From Takakia lepidozioides (Eukaryota; Plantae; Bryophyta): DNA of 64,000 nucleotides. Positions 11,950 through 23,444 of the stretch are shown here, in pieces (positions within the stretch are counted from its first letter, which is position 1; each line of letters starts with the position of its first letter). The notes under the pieces are model-generated. The model had not been told where the DNA came from, did no database searches, and was given only the letters and a program-made list of their open reading frames with translations. The stretch lies in contig CM060734.1 of the NCBI GenBank assembly GCA_030704615.1, positions 31,062,001 through 31,126,000 on the forward strand. Reading direction: 5' to 3'. The position numbers and the translations under genes are program-made.

Positions 11950-12170
11950 ACGAGAAGGTTTTGTTTGTACTAGAGAAAGGGCCGCGGAAGGCTGAATCTG
12001 CCCTATGGCCACGCACAGGGAAGAATCGGCCCTACACGGTCCTTTATCTGGCGTTATAATCAGGTAAAGGCGTATTCGTGCATATAAATACATCATATTT
12101 CTACGGTGGTGGTTATATAAGGTCGCTTTTTGATTCCTGCTCATTTTTACCATTTCTGTTTGTACACTCC

Positions 12171-14210
12171 ATGTTAGCAATTGGTGCTGAAAAGTTAGGT
12201 GCCAGTTTTGTGGCTTCTGCTTCAAATTTGGATGAATCCAATTCTGTCTACACCGCAGATTTTGCTGTTGGTCGATTAGCAGATGACGATGACAACTTGG
12301 ATCCGGATTTTTTTTGCTTACCAAACCGATTCTGGTGTAGCGGCGTATGACGATCTTGATTTGGAGGACTTGTTCGCTGTCTGTCATCCTCTATGTTTGG
12401 ATACTAATGGTTTACCTGGTTGTGTCGTGGAAGAGAAAGTTGATTCGAGGCGCTTGACACTGATCCGATTGGCTTGGCACGCATGAGTTCAGCACTGCTG
12501 CTCAGAATCTTTTCATGCAAGAAGTTGTGGCTGGACATCATTCAATTTCTGTTGTGACTGACGATGGACAAACATTCGAGAATGAGATTGAGTTTCTGAA
12601 ATGAGGATTCAGACAACTAGATTTGGAAGAACTAAATCAAATTGAAGAAAGGCGGACCCCAAGATTCATTGTACTTGGAGCGGTGGGGCAGAAATAGGTT
12701 CGAAGATTGGAGGAAAGTGACTGGAGTCGTTTGCAATGACTCTATTGAGGCCATGTTTGTTCATAAGATGGGAGAGCTCATCGACCTACTGTCTCAGTTT
12801 TTCTTAGCGGGTCAGCGCAAGAGTGGAAAACTCTATCCGGGAGAAACTTTGGTGACCATGTTGCGGGCCATTGGAAGAATAATCCATGGCAAACTTAAGG
12901 CAGATTCTGTTGAGACGAAAGTATGAGTGGAGAAGTTTAACATACTAGATGATCCACGATTTAAGAAGTGTGCGTATCTTGTCTCATTTTTGTGAAGAGG
13001 TCGGTTAGGCAGGGATTGGCCGCAAGCGTAAAGTGACATCTCCACTTACATATGATATGGGGTAGAAGCTTCTTTCATCGCCACTCCTGAGTAGGACAGA
13101 CCGCCGTGGTTGTATCTTGCGTGTTGCCTATTATACCATACACAATTTCTGAGTGCGGGCTCAAACAAAGTTTATACAATATCTATGACTGTGAATTCAA
13201 TATCTGCCAAGACAACATAAATGGGAAGTATGTAAGGTTCGACGAACGTGATTCTAAGAATCATAAAGTGGATTTGCTCCACTATCAACTTGAAAAGATG
13301 CGCAAGTCAGTCACTTGTAATCATGCCGATCTTGTGGAGACGTTTGAAACATATATCTCACATCTGCCGAAATGGCCAGATAAAGAAGCGCATCCATTTT
13401 TCTTGCGGGCTATCAATGGGAATAATTTGCGAGAACCAGTGTTGGAGTTAAGATGATCTCTAAATGGCTTAAGTCGATGATAACTGCACTTCCAGGTGCT
13501 CATGAGGGAAACTACTTCAATAAGAGTGCTCGCATTACAACTATATGCCGCTTCAATTCTATGGGGGTTCCGCTTGAACTCGGCATGAGAATGATCGGTC
13601 ATACGTCCAGGGAAGGGTATATGCGGTATGACGTAGAGTCTGATGGGATTATTATGAGGGCGCTTCAGAATGTTGCAAGTGCCGTCCCAGGAACTGCTGG
13701 TGACATTTCTTGGGAGGTGACACTCAAGTATGAACAAGATCGGTTTTGTGTCCTGGAGCATTGGCGATAACAAATGTTGCTAGCTCTTCAACTACCGAGC
13801 TGCAGTGCTTGAATACGCTTCCCACTGATCATTTGGCATGTTCTAAAATAGTGACAGAATCTACTCTGGCTATTGTGCCATCTTCTGGAGCATTGACAGA
13901 ATCTGCCGGAACCTCGAAGGCAGTTGTTCCTAAAATTTCAAATGATCAGGTTTCTTTATTGGATCATAAGCACTTCTCCGACGAAGAATTTTGGTCCTCG
14001 AATGATGTTCAAGAGAAAGTGGTCAAGCTTATGCGTGCTCACGGTGCTCTCGTAGCGCCTACTTACAATGTCACAAATACGCGGACCATTGGTAGTACAA
14101 TTTTTCAAGGCAATATGACGAACTGTACCATTCAGCTTACTATCCCCGATGCCGCTACAACGACCTCATTGCTTGCAAGCATGTCAACACCGAAGGAGAA
14201 TCCAAACTGA
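12171..14210 (+). pseudogene. Crypton-like tyrosine recombinase (DUF3504/KCTD1/ZMYM-related), frameshifted
   Basis: LSQFFLAGQRKSGKLYPGETLVTMLRAIGR..NILDDPRF; NF*VRA; YVRFDERDSKNH; FETYISHLP..PFFL; NKSARITTI; MIGHTS; YMRYD. These give the R-K-(H>K)xxR-H-Y tyrosine-recombinase catalytic set. Confidence 0.8.
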
Positions 14211-16385
14211 AAGTAGTTGATCTCATTCAATAGTAGTTTAGGAGATTCAGTGCATTCATTCTTACAATTCTCTGAACTGCAGTAATCTTCACTACAATTT
14301 TTGAGTAGTTTAGATCAGAATGATCTACAGCCTTGGAGCTGCTCATGATGTACATAATTATTTTCCAATGTAATTGAAGATTCTGTCTCGATATGCTCGT
14401 GTTCAAGCTTCTTGCAGTTATTTTGTTGTCATGCTGGGGAAGACGATGTGCCTACAAGTTATGCTTTGGATTACATCCGGATTGGTACCAAGGGGGTATC
14501 TTTGGGTAAAAGATATACCCACCCAACATTGATGTAGACAAACAACTTAGCAATTGCACAAGGAATACCTCCCTCCCCACCATGTTTGGGGCCTTGGGGG
14601 GACCAAGTGGGGGCATGCCTCATGAGGATAGTATGTCATCCATTATGGCCAACCTAGTTATAAAGTGAGGGTTGTTTGGTCAGTTGGTCACCTAATGTAT
14701 GGGATACCCCTAGACTTGGGAAAGCTTTTATCATTCGCAAAAGATGTCCAAGTTGTTCCAAATGGGAGACACTACTTCTTCAACGTGAAGCCACACTTAG
14801 TTTATGCCTGATTTGATATAAATCACACATATACATTTGGTTAGAAATTATATTAGTAAGTTGAAAACACAACTTCGCAATTTACTCTAGCGACATGTTT
14901 AAAATGTTGTTCTGTCTCTCTCAAAGTCTTCTTAAAAAGGTGTCCACCTTCAGAGTCCTTTGGGATGATGTGACACCATAATTTATGTTAGCTTTGGCAA
15001 GAATAAACAATTCTTCTACTATACGTTCTACTTGACCTTAAAGAAACTTTATCTTTATCTTTATTTGACTATATGTATAAAATAAACTGGAAAATACTAT
15101 CATGTCACTAAGTTGTGTTTCAATGATGTCACATAAATTTTTTCATACAAAAAGATAATTAATATTATGACTATATGAGTATCATAGATCATATAGTCAT
15201 AACAAAATGACATATAGTATACCCTTTATAGTAAAAGGATAGTTTATCCATTTCATTTTTCTCTCTTTTAGGGGTGGCCGGCCTTTAATTCCACTGAGAA
15301 GAGGGCAATGAAAATATAACCTTGTGACCTTGAGGCATACAATTGCTTAGTAAAGTCTTCAAAGTTCCCAATTTTAAGTTGGAGCTGAATTACTGGATCA
15401 CTCAGGCTATCAAGACAATGACAAGCAAGTTGCTCTGATGTGATGTGTTCATTTTATCATCTTCATGACCTTATTTCACCTCAATTTTACCTCCAACGTT
15501 GCCAAATGATGGTTACTAGCATGAAGAATCGCTAAGACACTCGCAAGTTACAGCAGCAACAGAGGTGTGATGGCTTGTCGGATTGGGAGTCCCAATTTGG
15601 AACTCGTGAGTCGGCCTCCTTTCTAATTTTGGAGCGGCCGTCATGACTCATGACCCATGTCATTCTCCACGAATCACAAGCTCTGGGCTTTTGAGTTGAC
15701 AAGATCAATGCTACTTTAGGTCCACATTAGCTACCAAGGAAACTGTAACTATGGGGGGGTACCTTGGCTCTAAATCAGTTGGGTTCTTTTAGAAATGAAA
15801 GCTTCTAAACCATTTGTAGTGTTGCATTGTTGTCACTGAAAAGATAATCTAAACCCACTACCAGAAAATCTCCAGTTTGATTTTAACTAACAGAAAACAC
15901 TTACCAGATATGGACTTTCCTTGCTCTTGCAGGCGGCAGCTTGTGTAAAGTGTGTGAGAGAGGAGTATGGCGAGTTGCGAGGTTCCGATGCTACATCGGA
16001 AGGTGTTGCTGTGGGTTTCTTATACGCTAGGTGGGTTTCGATCAATTTTTTCAAGTATTCAGCTGATTATGAGCCGGCGAGTGAAAGTGATTGGTGATTG
16101 GTTGATGGGCTGTGAGTGCAATTCAAAGAATCTGTGACGTGTTGTTCAGGTTGTTGGATCTCTTCTGGCGGAGTGGAGTGATCTGTTGCAGCTGCGGGTT
16201 CCACAGCGCAAGTGTGATGTAACGCATATGACGTACCCTTTTTTCGAATATGAAACAATGTCACAGTTACGTGAAACTGGCAGTATAGGAGGGAGTTATG
16301 AGGCAAGCAGATGTGACTTGAGGAAGGGAAGCCTTTCCATTGTATAGCGAAGCAGGGAAAGCCGCTACAGTTCGATCAAGTTAGG

Positions 16386-17769
16386 ATGGAGTGGGGGCGG
16401 GGAAGTATTAGCGGCTTGCTGCTGCTCCTCTTCCTATTATGTTCAAATAGCTGCACCTCGTCTGCGGTGAGTTTCTCGAGTGTATTTCACTTCGTGGTTT
16501 TGGGAGAGTTTGTGCTTGAGGATTTAAATCGTAGACAGAGATGCTCCATGACTACAGTTTCAAACCAGGGCTTTTCAATGCTGCGATGGTTCGAATGTTG
16601 TTTCGTCGCTATAAAAAAGTGAGTTTGCGCAGGAGAGAGGAACTTACCAAGGATGTTTCCTTCTCAGTGATATTGATAGCTTGGCGTAGGGATAGACTGT
16701 AAAGTTGAAAATATTGAACTTGACCCCAAAGGTAACAGTTTTTCATTAGGTCACTTAACACTTATATTAGGTCAAGTAGTGAGAGGTTCTACCTGTGGGG
16801 CAGCTACTTGCTTCCGAAGGACACCACCTCTAATTGTGTTGAAGACATTGGAGAAACAAGTATTTTCTCTGGCTTGCTCACATGGGGATGGCAATATGTG
16901 TTTAAATCAGGCAATGCATGGGTTGGCAGAGTTTTGTGCACACAATTGCAAACTCTAAGCTCTGTATCATGATTCACACACACAGAGGAGACAGTGACAG
17001 ATGATGATGTATCCCATTGACTGTTCCCTGCATCGTTGGCTATGATATACCCTTGCGGCTATAGTTCCCCATGTCAACTCTCACAGACATGCAATATCTT
17101 CTCTCTCTCTCTCCTCCCATGAACCTCATTAATTCAAGCATGCAAAAACCATGCATATTAAGCATACGATATCCAATTCCCTGCAAGTAGATTATCATCA
17201 GGGTTGGACCACGGCTCAAAGCCTATAGCTGTGCTTGTGATTGCCCCACTGTTGAGTGTGTGCCGCATGGTGTGCTATGTACTGCATGTTGGTCAAGGTC
17301 AGACCTATGGTCCGCGTGTATGTGGGGGTGACATGACAATGGGTGCAGCAGCTGTATATTCATCATCTGTTACCGCAAGCATGTATTGCTTCTTGTCATT
17401 TGTGAGCGAGGGTTGATTGATTGCATAGGGAAGAAAGAGAGGTAGTCAGTTTAGCAGCTCTTGAGTGACTCAATATGGTCTACCTATACAGGTTTTGAGA
17501 CTCAGTAAGGAAAAGCTGGTAAAAGTTTCAATTAAGACGAATTTGAAGTCTTGAATGGTGCAGTCTTGTGTTGTAGTAATTCCATCTAGTAATTCCATCT
17601 AGCAGGAGGAGGCAAGGGTATCCATTAAAGTCAACCGTGGATGGTTCATTTAGCTATATGATATCTGGCTCTTGTTGAACTTACTGGCTTCCTTTTCTAA
17701 TAAATTCTTGCTGTGGTGACCACCAGGAAAAGTATAAGGATAAGGAAGAAAGGTGTGTTCTGAAAGCAG

Positions 17770-17812
<43 letters not shown>

Positions 17813-20800
17813 TTGAATGTGGATACGTTCTTTGTAACAACACTCAAGAACTGCCTGATCCCTCTGGCTCTCCATCCTTGAACATACTGGACATTTGATG
17901 GCAAACTAATACATGATATCTCCTGTAGCAGCAGCATAACAGAGTATATGTGTACTCCTTCTACATGATCCGGTCAATGGACATCGCTCTCTTGGCTGGT
18001 CTACTGTAGCCAATGCCTTCTATCAGCATTAGGAAACCTGAAAATGAGAGGCTTGATAGTTTTCTCTCTCTCTCTCTCTCTCTTCCCTTGAATGTTGCTA
18101 AGATCTTTATAGACAGCATTCAAGAATTGCCTGATCCCGTCATTCTGTTCAGGTTTTTCTGTCTAGAATGGAAATGGAAATTGGGTAACGGGATGACTCA
18201 CTAGGGTGACTCATGAGGGTTCACCCTGGAGGTCTTACCTAAAGCTGCTGCCCTATATGGTTGGTAAGCTTGGCCACTCTTCTCATTTGGAAGAGAAGCA
18301 CGCAAGAGCTGAAGGAGCTGACTACACTATGGCTACAAGCAAGGTATCCATTCAGATTCCTTCAACAGTGTGATGGGCTGCTTAGTATGGCAACACAAAC
18401 AGAGTTGACACTATGAGGAACTTACATGGACTTGACTACGCTCTACTCTGAATCTAGGAATACTTGTGCAAAACCAAGGGCTCCTATGTGGGTCCTGCCT
18501 TGAGTACTTGGTCTTCCTTTTGGGAATAGGTGCTTGTTGTCTTCCTACTACTACTGTCGCTTCCTATAGTATGAAAGTGAGGAGGCAGATCTGTTCCTTA
18601 GAAGGGCCTACCTTCTGATTGCCACTTTGTACACCTAAAAACTGGTTTTCCAGCAAGGATATGTAAAGGGAGGTATGGAGGGCAGATCTGGGTAGAGACA
18701 GTTTGATGGTGCTTAGATTAGGCTGTATGATGTCGTTAAACAGAGGCAAACACAGCACATTGTGCTTAGTGTTTTCTTGCCCAGCTTTGACATGCTATGT
18801 GAACTCTCTCTCCTCTATCCAGTATTCTTCTTGGTCGTTGAATACACCATCAAACGGTTTCTTACTCCACTCTGTCTATTTTGTTTTTGCTTCTAACATG
18901 GTCTAATTACCTTTGTGTAGAGGCTAAACAGCCCCGCCTGGCACCATGAACTATTGGGGCTTGGCTATTTGGCTCCTCTCCCACCTCCTATCCCGGGTGT
19001 ATAGGCCACTTTTGGCTGCAATTGACTACTCTCAGTTCCATGCCTTTGTACAAGAGAAGGACATGAGAAGGGCATTAAGATTCTGATGTGGCTTTGTGTA
19101 TTGTTCCATGGTATGTCTTCATACTCACGAAAATGGAATACACCTTCGATTGAATTTCCTTTTCAGTTTTCCACAGAGCTACACACATAACCTTCATGGT
19201 TATGAATGACATATGGTGTGTCATAACGTGTTATCTGTAGAGAAGAGTTTTACTGTTATCTTTAGTACTACATAGAGAAGAATGGTGTGCACCCCCTATT
19301 GGGTGATGCATACCATCTCACCTAATTAAGGAGGTGACCACCATGGCACATGGTGGTGGCCCCCCCCCCCCCCCCCTTTCAATGGCCACAAGGCTACGGC
19401 AAACAACGTCTTACGAGTACATTCTCTCTCCCCCCTTGAATGTGGATACATTCTTTGTAACAACACTCAAGAACTGCCTGATCCCCTCTGGCTCCTTCTC
19501 CATCCTTGAAAGTGCAGGACATTTGATGGCAATCTAATACATGATAGCAGCATAACAGAGTTTATGTGTACACCTTCTACATGATCTGGTCAATGTACAT
19601 TGCTCTCTTGGCTGGTCTACTGTAGCCAATGCCTTCTATCAGCATTAGGAAACCTGAAAATGAGAGGTTGGATGATTTTCTCTCTCTCTCTCTCTCTCTC
19701 TTTCCTTGAATGTTTCTTTGAATTTCTCAAACTGGACGCAGGGTCAATGGCCACAAGGGTATGCCAAACAACGTCTTATGAGTACATTCTTTCCTTGAAT
19801 GTTGCTAGATCTTTATAGACAGGATTCAAGAATATCCTGTTATTCTGTTCAGATTTTTTTGTCTAGAACGGAACAGGAAAGTGGATAATGGGATTACTCA
19901 CTAGGGTGACTCATTAGGGTTCACCCTGGAGGTCTTAACCCAAAGCTGCTGCCCTATATGGTTGGTAAGCTTGGCCACTCTTCTCATTTGGAAGAGGAGC
20001 AGGCAAGAGCTGAAGGAGCTGACTATACTATGGCTACAAGCAAGGTATCCATTCAGACTCCTTCAACAGTGTGATGGGTTGCTTAGTATGGCAACACAAA
20101 CAGAGTTGACACTATGAGGAACTTACATGGACTTGACTACGCTCTACTCTGAATCTAGGAATACTTGTGCAAAACCAAGGGCTCCTATGTGGGTCCTTGC
20201 TTGAGTACTTGGTCTTCCTTTTGGGAATAGGTGCTTGTTGTCTTCCTACTACTACTGTCGCTTCCTATAGTATGAAGTGAGGAGGCAGATCTGTTCCTTA
20301 GAAGGGCCTACCTTCTGATTGCAACTTAATACACCTAACAACTCGTTTTCCAGCAAGGATATGTAAAGGGAGGTATGGAGGGCAGATCTGGGTAGAGACA
20401 GTTTGATGGTGCCTAGATTAGGCTGTATGATGTCGTTAAAAAGAGGCAAACACAGCACATTGTGCTTAGTGTTTCCTTGCCTAGCTTTGACAGGCTATGT
20501 GAATCTCTCTCTTTCTCTCTCTCTCTTGGGGTTCCTAGCCAGTAGCTGTAGTGGTCTGAGTGTTCTGGTTTATTGGCACATAAGGCCTCAGAGTTTCAAG
20601 TGATGTTATACAGGTCCTCTTCTTTCTTTCTCTCTACTTTGTTGTAGGGTATGGCAAACAATGTCCTATGAGTATATTCTATTTTGTTGTTCCATATTTT
20701 CACATGGGCCCTCTGGGTCTCTTTGGAACGTGATGTTGTTGCATGAGCCTCAGTTTTGTTTCTCTACAAAGAATAAAAACAAATAGAAGTATTTAGCCAT

Positions 20801-23444
20801 GGGGGATGCACTTCGGCGCTCCACTGCCGAAATTGTTTCTCCATGAAGCAGTTCAGCAGGGCGAAAAGAAGATTATTTTTACCTGTAGACATTTTGGCAG
20901 AAGACTCATGAAGTCGAGTTAGGTCTCACAGTGAAGTCAGAATGTCTCAAAAGGAGGAAGAAGTGGGTTCAAACCCTGTTGAATTGAAGAATTTCGTTAC
21001 CTGCAGACCATTTGTGGTAATTTGTGCCAAAATGCAACAACCTTCTGTTGGATGATTGCATGTGGCCAGGAGGCGCCAGGAGGCAGACGATGAGAGGGTG
21101 CATTGCTCCAGAGCTAGGAGTAGGACAGCACATACCATTATCGCTGAGGTCTCCCCTCCTACTTGCTTTTCCTTTTGAGGGCACCTTTTTGGCTGGCATC
21201 ACAGTGAAGGCTATTTGTGGTTGTATCTGGTGTGGTAAGGAAGGACAGAGGTGGTGTCTTGAAGTGTACTGTAAGGGCATGTGGTGACAGTGTTGGATTT
21301 TGGGAGCTGTGACCAGTATCTGATGCCGTTTGTGGAGGCGGAGCGGTATAACTTGTCAAGCAGCAGCTGCCGGCTGCATCCACACAATGACCTGTTCTGG
21401 GAGCAGGAACAGCAAGTAGAGGAGTTGCGGCCGACGCAGTGGCAGTGTGGCTACTGCAAGAAAATCTTCCGTTCTCGAGAGTTTCTTGATACTCACTTTG
21501 ACAACCGCCACTCCAGCATGCTTGACAAGGTGCACTTTTGAGAATTAACTTTAAGCTTTCCTTGTCCAGGACATGCGTGTGCAAGTGGCCATTCATTGAC
21601 TTGAAGACCGTTATTGTCTGCTTCTTACTCGGAGGTTTCCCTGTAGGACTTGAGCATGATGCACGTGCCTACATGTCTTACTCAGTCTGTTTACAACCAG
21701 GACTTCTCCCAGTTAACTGTGCTTGTAGGTGTGTGGCATAACTGTTTGTTGTCGTTAACTACAGTGGGTGGGTTGGTTCAGGGCCCGAATCGGTGCTTGG
21801 CAGACTTATGTGGAGCTTTGCATTGTGATTATTTTGATGGCCTGTCAAAGTCCCAGCAAAAGAAGAGAACGTGTAAACCTGCTGTAATTGACAGGAATCG
21901 TCATCTTTGTGAGGTGCGATGTACTTCCTGGAGGTTCAGCTGTTTCTTAGCTCGCTTCTGTCACCAGTAGACTTGTCTACATGTATAAGGAAGCATTCAA
22001 TGTTTTAGCTTGGTGGTTTTTCTGGCCAGGTCTTGGCAAGCAGTTGCTTCCCACCTGAAGGAAGTGCCAGTGCTCACCGATTAAATGGTAAGTAATGCTC
22101 ATGCTCAAAACCACTCCCCTTTCTCTTTGTTTCTGTGTGTGTGCCCTTTACTTTGACAGTGAGACTCGCAGTACAGTCACAGCCACAGTTGTTATGTTTG
22201 TTACCTGCTCGGGAGTAAAGCCATACTGCTGGAATCAACGTGATGCTTTGTACTATGATCTGAATGCCATATACGTAAATGAGATCTGGACCCCCTGTAA
22301 CCACATGGTCTGTATGCAAGAGCCCCATGGCATTTTTAGGTTGATTTCAGATACCCTGATGGACTGATATCCACTAGTGGGTTCAGGAGGGGTCCTATCA
22401 TAAGTGGACTATGCCTTGAAGGGTATGTCATAACCACAGTTCATACGGAATAGTCGACAAGTGATGTTACTCTGTCCTATTCGAGACAGTGTAAGTGGCA
22501 GTGTCCATTGTGTTTCCTAGCAGTTTTGGCTTGTTGGGTGGATTGTGCCATATGTTCTTGGTGAGTTGCACATAATTGCTTAGGCACACTGCTGTGAACT
22601 GGCAGATCACACCCGTGATTTGAGGTATCGAGACTTAAAAGAAGTGGGTTTGTAAAGCTTTTCCATTTAGAGTGACACTGGGAGGAGGGTGTGACAGATT
22701 TCTTTAAACGTCAATTCTGTGATGCACATACTTGTAGTCAACGGCGCCAGCCCTTTCCTCGTGGAAGTGGGGTAAGCTTCTGGCAGACGAATGGGCAAAC
22801 TTATTTTTATTATATTGGTGGTGCTCTATAGTGCTTCTGGTTTTGACAGTTCCTCTTCCTACTGTGCTTTTGGAGGATGTCGAAATGATCTGATTGCCCG
22901 CCCTGGTTGCTGTTTGGAAGCAGCTTAATAGAACACTAGGTACTGGATGAGAGGAACATGCTACCGAGCTTCCCTCTTGCATTGATTGGGTGTGCAGATA
23001 AGAAACAGGTCACTCTACTTTGCAGTATCCCTGTTTACACTCATTGTACTGGCAATTTTTTATGGAGCTGTGTATGCACATAAGCGGTATGGATTTCTTT
23101 TGCCTTTTGCTCCCTGATCATTTTTTGATGTTGATCCTTTAGTTAGCACACAAGGAGCTTCAAGTTCGTGAGGTTCAGACTATGATAGTGAGACATGGAC
23201 TAGATTTCTGGCACCAGGTGCATGGAAACCAGGGGAGAAGGCATCCTGATGCAATGGTGTTAGTTATTTGTAAATCATCACTGTTAGGTGTGTAGGCTTG
23301 ATGTATTTTACAGAGGATCACCTCATAGATATTTTACTCACGATTGTTGGTGTAATGGGCAGGGAAATGAGATTGACAAGCAAGAACTTGCAACGCCTGT
23401 CCCAGCGGCCTGTACACAAGCTGCAGAAGTCCAAGCCATCATGA
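16386..23444 (+). CDS. C2H2-type zinc-finger protein with signal peptide and C-terminal TM helix (At5g63280/At5g40710-like)
   Basis: Exons 16386-16466, ~21080-21148, 21317-21529, 21782-21913, 22030-22087, 22698-22771, 22998-23086, 23363-23444 with GT-AG boundaries and consistent phases. Motifs VHCSR.RSR, WQCGYCKK.F....LD.HF..RH, CLADLCGALHCD, FCDAHTC, ending KSKPS. Small exons between 16467 and 21080 are possible but unresolved. Confidence 0.88.
17805..20520 (+). repeat. ~1-kb direct duplication in intron 1 (17805-18810 and 19430-20520)
   Basis: Long near-identical blocks. Duplicated spurious ORFs at 18564/20252 and 18703/20403. Confidence 0.9.

Noticed and set aside
17805-20520. LTR pair of a TRIM element
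   Set aside because: No TG..CA termini, PBS, PPT or TSD seen.
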